Shown piece by piece: positions 21,813 to 27,883 of a stretch of DNA of 32,000 nucleotides. This DNA is from a virus, in IMG/VR virus record IMGVR_UViG_3300035670_013237, positions 90,001-122,000 of that record. One strand, given 5' to 3'. The notes beneath the pieces were generated by a model that saw nothing but the letters and a program-made list of their open reading frames with translations, had not been told where the DNA came from and searched no databases. Position 1 is the first letter of the stretch; the number at the start of each line of letters is the position of its first letter. The position numbers and the translations under genes were made by a program.

Positions 21813-21894
21813 CGCTTGTGATAGAACACCAAGGGGACAAGCTTTCATTGCAAGCCGTGTCATCGTGCTCAACGAACTTTTTTTGCGTGGTTGG

Positions 21895-21954
21895 TGCAAA
21901 CCTTCCGTGAGCCGTGGTACAACTAATTCATCCGGTGGGGATGGTGCCCCACGG
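21895..21954 (+). promoter_or_regulatory. promoter/5'-hairpin cassette
   Basis: TGCAAA (21895-900) - 17 nt - TACAAC (21918-23); hairpin GTGGGG-atggtg-CCCCAC; GGAG RBS. Confidence 0.6.
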
Positions 21955-21969
21955 AAATGGAGAACGACG

Positions 21970-22257
21970 ATGGCTACTACCCAGATCGTTTCTATCAAGG
22001 AAGTTGTTGCCCGTCTCCCCGGCGTGGAGATCCTGTTCTGGAATCGCCTCATCGATTATATGCTGCCGCTCGGTCCACGCTCCACGGGCAAGGTCGACCT
22101 GGACAAGGTTCAAAGGGCCTTGCTGGACCTATCCAATACCTTCGTGGCGAAGGCCGACCGTTATCCCATCGCTGCCGTGATGGCTGAACGCATTGCAAAG
22201 GCTGCGGATGGTTATCCTCCGAGGACGAAGTTCAAGCTGGAGCGCGAACACTGGTGA
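21970..22257 (+). CDS. hypothetical protein
   Basis: Start trimmed to the ATG at 21970 after GGAGAACGACG; cassette 21895-21954 upstream. Confidence 0.65.
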   Translation: MATTQIVSIKEVVARLPGVEILFWNRLIDYMLPLGPRSTGKVDLDKVQRALLDLSNTFVAKADRYPIAAVMAERIAKAADGYPPRTKFKLEREHW

Positions 22258-22275
22258 AAAAAGCTCGGGCGGGGG

Positions 22276-22335
22276 TGCAAACCCCCGCCCCCTTGTGGTA
22301 CAACTGAATCATCCGGTGGGGACGGAATCCCCGCC
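22276..22335 (+). promoter_or_regulatory. promoter/5'-hairpin cassette
   Basis: A-tract, hairpin GGGCGGGGG-tgcaaa-CCCCCGCCC; TGCAAA (22276-81) - 17 nt - TACAAC (22299-304); hairpin GGTGGGGA/TCCCCGCC. Confidence 0.6.
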
Positions 22336-22348
22336 AAGGAGAAAGACG

Positions 22349-22549
22349 ATGGCACGTTTCTACACGAACAAGGTCCTCGAGGCGGTCGAGGAGGGCACGC
22401 TCGACGCTCAGGTCGCACTGCGAATGGCGCTCTGCTGGATGTCGGAGGATGACGTCGCTGGAATGGTCGAGGCTGAGCTCGAAGACCTCTTTGAGTACGA
22501 GGATGAGGGCGAAGATGAGGGGGAGGAGGGCGAAGATGACCTTCTGTGA
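22349..22549 (+). CDS. hypothetical acidic protein
   Basis: Start trimmed to the ATG at 22349 after GGAGAAAGACG; Glu/Asp-rich C-terminal tail. Confidence 0.65.
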   Translation: MARFYTNKVLEAVEEGTLDAQVALRMALCWMSEDDVAGMVEAELEDLFEYEDEGEDEGEEGEDDLL

Positions 22550-22697
22550 ACTAGAGCTCAACTATATTCTCGAGGCTGTCAAGTTCTTCCAGGAGAAGGG
22601 CATCCCCAACCTGCCGCCGACCGACCGTGCAGTGTACACCGCGGAGGTTGAGGGCATCATCGAGAGGATCGAGTTCGAACTGGATGGCGAGGCGTAA
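22536..22697 (+). CDS. hypothetical 53-aa protein
   Basis: The ATG at 22536 is preceded by GGAGGAGGG and overlaps the upstream gene end by 14 nt. Confidence 0.5.
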   Translation: MTFCELELNYILEAVKFFQEKGIPNLPPTDRAVYTAEVEGIIERIEFELDGEA

Positions 22698-22714
22698 AAA
22701 AGTTCGCCCCGGGG

Positions 22715-22774
22715 TGCAAACCCCAAGCGGGCCGTGGTACAACTAATTCATCCGGTGGGGATGGTGCCCCACGG
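22715..22774 (+). promoter_or_regulatory. promoter/5'-hairpin cassette
   Basis: TGCAAA (22715-20) - 17 nt - TACAAC (22738-43); downstream hairpin to 22774. Confidence 0.6.
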
Positions 22775-22784
22775 TGGAGGAAAT

Positions 22785-23033
22785 ATGGCTATCCCTCACG
22801 TTAGCAAGATCGTTGACAAGCTTCCCGACCCCGTCCGCGACGACTTCTGGGGCCACCTGGGGGACCTCATCTCGAGCCAGGAGGCAGACACCTTGGTTGC
22901 CCGGTGGTCCACCATCGAGGAGGTCTTGGTGGATGGATTGGAGTATACCCACAAGGACCTGGAGGGCCTGGGCATCGACGTGGCTCGCTACTCGGCGGCG
23001 GGCAAGGTCTCTCTCGTCCGCGTCTTTCTCTGA
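22785..23033 (+). CDS. hypothetical protein
   Basis: The ATG at 22785 follows GGAGGAAAT; cassette 22715-22774 upstream. Confidence 0.65.
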   Translation: MAIPHVSKIVDKLPDPVRDDFWGHLGDLISSQEADTLVARWSTIEEVLVDGLEYTHKDLEGLGIDVARYSAAGKVSLVRVFL

Positions 23034-23051
23034 AAAAAGTTGAGCCGGGGG

Positions 23052-23110
23052 TGCAAACCCCCGGACATCCATGGTACAACAGATTCAAGAGGTGGGGATG
23101 GTACCCCACC
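23052..23110 (+). promoter_or_regulatory. promoter/5'-hairpin cassette
   Basis: AAAAAAGTT, hairpin CCGGGGG-tgcaaa-CCCCCGG; TGCAAA (23052-57) - 17 nt - TACAAC (23075-80); hairpin GGTGGGG-atggta-CCCCACC (23091-110). Confidence 0.6.
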
Positions 23111-23125
23111 TGCGGAGGAACGAAG

Positions 23126-23383
23126 ATGATTATCACCACCAAGTACCTCGGCCCCACCAACACCCGCGGCGGTCGCATCAAGGCGAGCCGCGAGGACGGA
23201 CTCAACTTCCCGCCAATCACGGTCGAGTACGACCATGCCCTCAGTTCGTACGCCAACCACTGCGAGGCCATGCGGGCTTTCATCGCGAAGCACTACCTCA
23301 AGGCTCCGTGCGAGACACTGTTGGCCCATCACACCAAGGAAGGGTACGTGTTCCTGACGGGCGCCGAAACGGTCGCCCTCTGA
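23126..23383 (+). CDS. hypothetical protein (MIITTKYLGPTNTRGGRIKA N-terminus)
   Basis: The ATG at 23126 follows GGAGGAACGAAG; cassette 23052-23110 upstream. Confidence 0.65.
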   Translation: MIITTKYLGPTNTRGGRIKASREDGLNFPPITVEYDHALSSYANHCEAMRAFIAKHYLKAPCETLLAHHTKEGYVFLTGAETVAL

Positions 23384-23401
23384 AAAAAGTTGAGCCGGGG
23401 G

Positions 23402-23460
23402 TGCAAACCCCCGGACATCCATGGTACAACAGATTCAGGTGGTGGGGAAAGAACCCCACT
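23402..23460 (+). promoter_or_regulatory. promoter/5'-hairpin cassette
   Basis: The 60 nt at 23378-23437 are identical to 23028-23087; TGCAAA (23402-07) - 17 nt - TACAAC (23425-30); hairpin GTGGGG-aaagaa-CCCCAC. Confidence 0.6.
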
Positions 23461-23479
23461 GGAAGAGCAAGGAGCGAAT

Positions 23480-23656
23480 ATGAAGCGCATCAAGATTGGC
23501 GACGTCGTTACGTGCGAGGGTCTCAACTGGATCGTCACTGCCCTTACCCGGGGACGCGACAAGCTCGCACGACTCTCTGTCCCAGGTGACCTCAGCCTGC
23601 AGAATGTCATCTACCGCCGGGTCGAGGAGCTGGAGAACCCAGGACCCTGGCGCTGA
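23480..23656 (+). CDS. small SH3-like GD-motif family protein (plus-strand, GC-rich member)
   Basis: The ATG at 23480 follows AAGGAG; MKRIKIGDVVTC motif. Confidence 0.6.
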   Translation: MKRIKIGDVVTCEGLNWIVTALTRGRDKLARLSVPGDLSLQNVIYRRVEELENPGPWR

Positions 23657-23672
23657 AAAGTTCGCTCGGGGG

Positions 23673-23728
23673 TGCAAACCCCCGGCGGCTTATGGTACAA
23701 CTGTTTCAAGAGGTGGGGATGGTACCTC
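23673..23728 (+). promoter_or_regulatory. promoter/5'-hairpin cassette
   Basis: TGCAAA (23673-78) - 17 nt - TACAAC (23696-701); hairpin GAGGT...ACCTC. Confidence 0.6.
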
Positions 23729-23744
23729 ATCGAGGAGAAGTACG

Positions 23745-24092
23745 ATGCTGCTCTTCAATCTGAAGCACTTCCTGGCGGCAATGGTGGAACTTGGTGACAG
23801 TGGCGACGCCAACACCTGGAATGTGTCCATGGAGGTGGGTCCTGGGAACAAGGTGTGGGTGGTTCTGTTCGACGTCATCGACCGGGTGACCTACAGCATC
23901 TCCCGGACCAAGAAGACCTTGGTGGTCCGGACGCGCCACTGGAAAGAGGAGCTCGATGCCTACGCCTTGGAGGTGACCCTCCGTAAAGGTAAACCGGTTT
24001 GGACCAAGTGTGACACCGGCGTGGTGGCTACTCCCCATGTGGTCGCTCGAGCCATCTTCAACACCATGATGGACGAGGACCAGCTGGTCTGA
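23745..24092 (+). CDS. hypothetical protein
   Basis: The ATG at 23745 follows GAGGAGAAGTACG; cassette 23673-23728 upstream. Confidence 0.65.
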   Translation: MLLFNLKHFLAAMVELGDSGDANTWNVSMEVGPGNKVWVVLFDVIDRVTYSISRTKKTLVVRTRHWKEELDAYALEVTLRKGKPVWTKCDTGVVATPHVVARAIFNTMMDEDQLV

Positions 24093-24119
24093 GCCGTTCA
24101 CAAAAAAGTTCGCCGGGGG

Positions 24120-24178
24120 TGCAAACCCCCGGCGGCTTATGGTACAACAGATTCAGGTGGCGGGGATGGTACCCCACC
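24120..24178 (+). promoter_or_regulatory. promoter/5'-hairpin cassette
   Basis: TGCAAA (24120-25) - 17 nt - TACAAC (24143-48); the spacer is identical to that of the 23673 copy; downstream hairpin to 24178. Confidence 0.6.
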
Positions 24179-24191
24179 GGGGAGAGAGAAG

Positions 24192-24467
24192 ATGTACTAC
24201 TGCAAGCCTGCGCTGCGAGTCAATTGTCCATTCTATGTCGCTCTCATCTCCGAAGCGGCGTTCGCACGCATCAAAGCAAATCGCCAGTGGGCACCCACCT
24301 GGGTGGTGTCCGATGGGCTCAACGGTGCCAAGGAGTGGCGCTTCACGGACGCTAAGGGCCGGCTCTTCAACGTCTACACACGGGACGGTAGCCCTCGAGT
24401 CAGTGGCTACGAGGACACATCCCCAGCTGACGTAGCCCGGTTTGAGGCTTGGGTTCTTAGCTTCTAA
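24192..24467 (+). CDS. hypothetical protein (paralogue of 27205..27489)
   Basis: 91 aa; GGGGAGAGAGAAG RBS; shared EWRF.DAKGRL.NVY.R.G.PRV.G......P.DV..FEAWVLS C-terminal half. Confidence 0.7.
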   Translation: MYYCKPALRVNCPFYVALISEAAFARIKANRQWAPTWVVSDGLNGAKEWRFTDAKGRLFNVYTRDGSPRVSGYEDTSPADVARFEAWVLSF

Positions 24468-24516
24468 AAAGTTCGCGGGGCAGCCATCAACATAGTTATA
24501 CACAGGAGTGTATGGC

Positions 24517-24702
24517 ATGAAGATAACACTACAACAGCTGAAGCAGATCATTAAAGAATCGTCGAGCGCCCAATTTCCTTACGGGGACACGGTGGACGCA
24601 CTTTACAAAATACGCGATGATCTTGATGAAAAGAACTGGCGCGCTGTCCGTGCAGGCCTGGACGATCTCATCCTCCAGCTTGAGCCCTTTGCTGACATGT
24701 AA
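24517..24702 (+). CDS. hypothetical 61-aa protein with MKITLQQLKQIIKE leader (AT-rich island gene)
   Basis: The ATG at 24517 lies 8 nt after AGGAG; the track start at 24508 is a GTG adjacent to the RBS. Confidence 0.6.
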   Translation: MKITLQQLKQIIKESSSAQFPYGDTVDALYKIRDDLDEKNWRAVRAGLDDLILQLEPFADM

Positions 24703-24716
24703 AGTTTACAGAATGG

Positions 24717-24777
24717 TGTAAACCTTCAGTGAACCGTGGTACAACTAATTCATCCGGTGGGGAATGGATCCCGCCGG
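24717..24777 (+). promoter_or_regulatory. promoter/5'-hairpin cassette
   Basis: GGTGTAAACC: TGTAAA (24717-22) - 17 nt - TACAAC (24740-45); hairpin CCGGTGGG/CCCGCCGG. Confidence 0.55.
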
Positions 24778-24793
24778 CAACTGGAGAATCACA

Positions 24794-25081
24794 ATGGCAC
24801 ACGGCATCTGCTACTTCAATGACACCTTCTCCGCTCAAACCGACGCCGGCCAGCTTGATGACTACGAATGCAAGGCGGCCACGTCCGGTCAAATCTCCAG
24901 GTTCAAGGCTGGGTTTGAAGAATACCACGCCCTCCTGGTAAAGGACACCAGTCGTGCCCCAGAACTCTCCCTCGCCTTCGATAATAAGTTCCCCTCCACG
25001 CTCATCTGGCGTGATGAAGATGGTGCCATTGAGCCCGGGGTCTTCCTCCTAGAATCAGTTGGCCTCAATCCTTTTGAGTGA
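24794..25081 (+). CDS. hypothetical protein
   Basis: The ATG at 24794 follows GGAGAATCACA; cassette 24717-24777 upstream. Confidence 0.65.
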   Translation: MAHGICYFNDTFSAQTDAGQLDDYECKAATSGQISRFKAGFEEYHALLVKDTSRAPELSLAFDNKFPSTLIWRDEDGAIEPGVFLLESVGLNPFE

Positions 25082-25087
25082 TGACAG

Positions 25088-25146
25088 TGTAAATCCTCTC
25101 TGAATCCTGGTACAACAGAATCACGGGGTGGCAAGGTGGCCACCCC
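25088..25146 (+). promoter_or_regulatory. promoter/5'-hairpin cassette
   Basis: TGTAAA (25088-93) - 17 nt - TACAAC (25111-16); hairpin GGGGTGGC-aaggtg-GCCACCCC. Confidence 0.55.
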
Positions 25147-25163
25147 CAACCCGGAGAGCGCAA

Positions 25164-25580
25164 ATGTCTTTCACTTGCAAAGTCCCCGCCAAGACCTCTT
25201 TCAAGGTCAACGACGCCCGCCAAGCGCACATGGTCTCCAAGCTGATGGCGATCCACGAGGCCATCAAGCACAACTGCACGAAGCACTTCCCCAACGACAG
25301 GTATGCTCCCCAGATTCTCATCCTAGAGGACTTTGGGTGGGCTGACGAGCAAGGTGCCTGGACCGACAAGGTTGGGTATTTCGTAGAATACAGGATTGCA
25401 CCTCTGGACTCGGGCCGGGTGGGTAGGTCCTCGCTTATCCAGGACTTTGAGGACGAACTCAAGAAGGGCATCTTCTACGGGGATCCTAATCCCATCATCA
25501 TCCGGAATCCCGGGTGGGAGAAGGGAGAGTCCCGGGTCCAGTTGTTCTGGCACGTCGATACTAATAGCATCGGCGACTGA
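25164..25580 (+). CDS. hypothetical protein
   Basis: The ATG at 25164 follows GGAGAGCGCAA; 138 aa; cassette 25088-25146 upstream. Confidence 0.65.
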   Translation: MSFTCKVPAKTSFKVNDARQAHMVSKLMAIHEAIKHNCTKHFPNDRYAPQILILEDFGWADEQGAWTDKVGYFVEYRIAPLDSGRVGRSSLIQDFEDELKKGIFYGDPNPIIIRNPGWEKGESRVQLFWHVDTNSIGD

Positions 25581-25598
25581 AAAAAGTTGGGTTGGGGG

Positions 25599-25656
25599 TG
25601 CAAACCCCCGGCCCCTTTTGGTACAAAGGATTCATGAGGTGGCCACCCCGGCCACC
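25599..25656 (+). promoter_or_regulatory. promoter/5'-hairpin cassette
   Basis: TGCAAA (25599-604) - 17 nt - TACAAA (25622-27); hairpin GGTGGCC-acccc-GGCCACC. Confidence 0.55.
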
Positions 25657-25669
25657 GGGGAGAACGAAG

Positions 25670-25822
25670 ATGCGAGCTTACATCATCCAGTGGATTAACA
25701 AGCGCGACCACGGTACGTCAATGATTTTCGCCCGCACGGCCGGTGCCGCGGTTGAGGAGCTCCGCGCCCGGGAAGGTAACAACACCGTCGCCATCACAGT
25801 GACCCCCAAGCTTCAAAAGTAA
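25670..25822 (+). CDS. hypothetical 50-aa protein
   Basis: The ATG at 25670 follows GGGGAGAACGAAG; cassette 25599-25656 upstream. Confidence 0.5.
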   Translation: MRAYIIQWINKRDHGTSMIFARTAGAAVEELRAREGNNTVAITVTPKLQK

Positions 25823-25836
25823 ATTGCACAAGGTGG

Positions 25837-25895
25837 TGCAAACCACCGCCAACCTATGGTACAACAGATTCAAGAGGTGGGGATGGTACCCCACC
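25837..25895 (+). promoter_or_regulatory. promoter/5'-hairpin cassette
   Basis: Hairpin GGTGG-tgcaaa-CCACC; TGCAAA (25837-42) - 17 nt - TACAAC (25860-65); hairpin GGTGGGGATGGTACCCCACC (25876-95). Confidence 0.6.
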
Positions 25896-25910
25896 GGATG
25901 GAGACTGACC

Positions 25911-26192
25911 ATGCAGATTACGCTTACTCTGGACTCCCTCTCCAATGCCAAGGACCTCATCACCGACGGTGCCTATAAGAATCTGACTGCATACAAAGCC
26001 TTCTTCAAGGCCTCGGCCCTCCCTTACGGCCTAACCGTCAAGAAGGTCATCACGGACCGGGAAAACGACCTCATCCAGGGGGTTGTGGAGTACACTGACC
26101 TTGAAAAGGTCAAGGAGTGGATGCTTTCCGACTCCCCGGAATTGTCCCGCCAGGATGTTGATGACCTCATCCAAGAGGCCCTCTCCACCTGA
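25911..26192 (+). CDS. hypothetical protein
   Basis: The ATG at 25911 follows GGAGACTGACC; begins MQITLTLDSL. Confidence 0.65.
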   Translation: MQITLTLDSLSNAKDLITDGAYKNLTAYKAFFKASALPYGLTVKKVITDRENDLIQGVVEYTDLEKVKEWMLSDSPELSRQDVDDLIQEALST

Positions 26193-26215
26193 ACCTAAAA
26201 AAGTTGGGTTGGGGG

Positions 26216-26274
26216 TGCAAACCCCCGGCCCCTTGTGGTACAACAGATTCAAGAGGTGGGGATGGTACCCCACC
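26216..26274 (+). promoter_or_regulatory. promoter/5'-hairpin cassette
   Basis: TGCAAA (26216-21) - 17 nt - TACAAC (26239-44); hairpin GGTGGGGATGGTACCCCACC (26255-74). Confidence 0.6.
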
Positions 26275-26287
26275 CAGGAGAATGACG

Positions 26288-26545
26288 ATGCAACTCAAGA
26301 CCGTTGAACTTCAGCCCACCCTCCTTGACTCCATCATCGCACCCCTCACTCCTGAACAGCGCGACCAGGTCTACGTCGACCTTGGCGAATACTTTACCTG
26401 GGGCGATGCAGAGTATACCCTCTTTCCTATGCGTGAAGTGGTCGCGCTCCTGGACCAGACCTTCGGCCACCAGTACCTCCTCGCCCGCGGCATCGACATC
26501 GACATCCTCGAGGGGCGCGGCGGGTTGGTCGCGGTCAAGGGTTGA
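26288..26545 (+). CDS. hypothetical protein
   Basis: The ATG at 26288 follows GGAGAATGACG, the same spacing as in sibling cassettes. Confidence 0.65.
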   Translation: MQLKTVELQPTLLDSIIAPLTPEQRDQVYVDLGEYFTWGDAEYTLFPMREVVALLDQTFGHQYLLARGIDIDILEGRGGLVAVKG

Positions 26546-26576
26546 AAAAAGTTCGTCCGGGGGTGCAAACCCCCGG
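26546..26576 (+). promoter_or_regulatory. degenerate cassette (A-tract and first hairpin only)
   Basis: AAAAAAGTT plus CCGGGGG-tgcaaa-CCCCCGG are present, but there is no TAnnnn box 17 nt downstream and no second hairpin. Confidence 0.4.
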
Positions 26577-26632
26577 CTGCAGGAGCCCGATGAGCAGAAT
26601 GCCCTCTCTTCACCCCACAAAGGTAGTTACCT

Positions 26633-26920
26633 ATGTCACACTCATTCCGGATCGGAGACATGGTTCGGCTTCACAGGGATCGCAACCACGACAAGTTTGG
26701 GTACAGAGGACAAAACGTCTGGAAGTATGAAGATGGGTGGATGCAACAGACCGCCAGCCAAGTGCGCTATGATGAAATCTGTATCGTCCTGGGTGAGGTA
26801 TACCTCGAGGCGCCCTGGCCCGGGCGACGTGGGAAGTCTGAGGCGTCAGGCACTTGGTACCAAGTACACAATTCTAGCGCCACGGGATGGCTCCACAAAA
26901 ACGCTCTAGAACCGGTGTAA
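26633..26920 (+). CDS. SH3-like GD-motif family protein (plus-strand member)
   Basis: 95 aa; FRIGDMVRL and SATGWLHKN motifs; preceded only by a degenerate cassette. Confidence 0.65.
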   Translation: MSHSFRIGDMVRLHRDRNHDKFGYRGQNVWKYEDGWMQQTASQVRYDEICIVLGEVYLEAPWPGRRGKSEASGTWYQVHNSSATGWLHKNALEPV

Positions 26921-26975
26921 AGTGCCGCTCAGCCGTGGTACAACAGATTCATCCGGTGGGGATGGTACCCCACGG
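26916..26975 (+). promoter_or_regulatory. promoter/5'-hairpin cassette
   Basis: TGTAAA (26916-21, containing the TAA stop of the upstream ORF) - 17 nt - TACAAC (26939-44); downstream hairpin to 26975. Confidence 0.55.
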
Positions 26976-26988
26976 AGTGGAGGCTAAA

Positions 26989-27117
26989 ATGACAATCTTG
27001 ACTACGAAAAAGAAAAGCCTGTGCCCCGTTTGCGGGGAAAAGTCATACAAGATCGGTTTCACCAAAGACGGGCGGGTAATCCGCTCGTGTAACGACGCAA
27101 CGAACGAACGTAAATAA
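26989..27117 (+). CDS. 42-aa putative zinc-ribbon protein
   Basis: The ATG at 26989 follows GGAGGCTAAA; MTILTTKKKSLCPVCGEKSYKIGFTKDGRVIRSCND. Confidence 0.45.
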   Translation: MTILTTKKKSLCPVCGEKSYKIGFTKDGRVIRSCNDATNERK

Positions 27118-27130
27118 GTTCGGGTGGGGG

Positions 27131-27190
27131 TGCAAACCCCCACCTCTTTGTGGTACAACTGATTCAAGAGGTGGGGATGGTGCCCCACGG
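27131..27190 (+). promoter_or_regulatory. promoter/5'-hairpin cassette
   Basis: Hairpin GGGTGGGGG-tgcaaa-CCCCCACC; TGCAAA (27131-36) - 17 nt - TACAAC (27154-59); hairpin GTGGGG-atggtg-CCCCAC. Confidence 0.6.
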
Positions 27191-27204
27191 AATGGAGAGC
27201 AAAG

Positions 27205-27489
27205 ATGCACTTCTTCTTTTCGCGTCACGCTGAAGTTTCTGGTAGCTTCCTTGTCGATGACCTCTCTGATGAGGTGTTCAACATCATCCGCCGCAAGGCG
27301 GAGTGGCAGCCAGTCGAGGTCAACATCGATCCTGAGAAGGGATACGACGGGCTCGAGTGGCGCTTCAAGGACGCGAAGGGTAGGCTCTACAACGTCTATT
27401 CCAGGTGGGGTCAACCTCGAGTTGGTGGATGGCGGACCACCACGCCCCAGGACGTGAAGAACTTCGAAGCCTGGGTTCTTAGCCTGTGA
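27205..27489 (+). CDS. hypothetical protein (paralogue of 24192..24467)
   Basis: 94 aa; GGAGAGCAAAG RBS; conserved C-terminal half ending FEAWVLSL. Confidence 0.7.
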   Translation: MHFFFSRHAEVSGSFLVDDLSDEVFNIIRRKAEWQPVEVNIDPEKGYDGLEWRFKDAKGRLYNVYSRWGQPRVGGWRTTTPQDVKNFEAWVLSL

Positions 27490-27507
27490 AAAAAGTTGGG
27501 CCGGGGG

Positions 27508-27567
27508 TGCAAACCCCCGGACCCTTGTGGTACAACAAATTCATCCGGCGGGGATGGTACCCCGCGG
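27508..27567 (+). promoter_or_regulatory. promoter/5'-hairpin cassette
   Basis: TGCAAA (27508-13) - 17 nt - TACAAC (27531-36); hairpin GGCGGGG-atggta-CCCCGC. Confidence 0.6.
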
Positions 27568-27581
27568 AGTGGAGAATGACG

Positions 27582-27788
27582 ATGACCGATATCAACTGCA
27601 TTCGCCGTGACAACTGTGACTCCTGCAACAGCCGCCGCGTTCCGGTGGCGGTCTTCCACCACCACGGCACCCCGGTGCTCAACCAGTGCCGCTCGTGCAA
27701 CCCGAGCGTGTTCGAGGCCCTCGCCCGCCGGGACATCGACGCCTGGCTGAAGGGCGAGACCAGTGAAAGCAACTGGTTTCACGGATAA
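27582..27788 (+). CDS. Cys-rich small protein (putative zinc-binding)
   Basis: The ATG at 27582 follows GGAGAATGACG; CIRRDNCDSC ... CRSC pattern. Confidence 0.6.
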   Translation: MTDINCIRRDNCDSCNSRRVPVAVFHHHGTPVLNQCRSCNPSVFEALARRDIDAWLKGETSESNWFHG

Positions 27789-27802
27789 ATTTACCAGGAC
27801 AG

Positions 27803-27861
27803 TGCAAAGCACCTGCCCAGCTTGATATAACAAATTCATGAGGCGGGGACGGATCCCCGCC
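27803..27861 (+). promoter_or_regulatory. promoter/5'-hairpin cassette (RadA-like gene)
   Basis: TGCAAA (27803-08) - 17 nt - TATAAC (27826-31); hairpin GGCGGGGA-cgga-TCCCCGCC. Confidence 0.55.
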
Positions 27862-27883
27862 GGCCTCTAGGAGTCAATAGACC

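Noticed and set aside
23034-23064. First cassette hairpin as a canonical Rho-independent terminator for plus-strand transcripts
   Set aside because: The A-tract lies upstream and no U-tract follows the stem on the plus strand. Read on the minus strand, a T6 run follows the stem only after a 6-nt gap. It may still act as a U-less terminator, an antisense insulator or an UP-element-like A-tract, but that cannot be decided from sequence.
21865-27788. N-terminal extensions in the ORF track that read through the cassettes (recurring peptides such as VQTPGHPWYNRFKRWGWYPT or MVQLIHPVGMVPHG)
   Set aside because: These recurring 'peptides' are just the conserved nucleotide cassette translated. Each cassette is followed by GGAG plus an in-frame ATG at constant spacing, and the upstream gene ends at a stop before the A-tract. 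Starts were trimmed accordingly.
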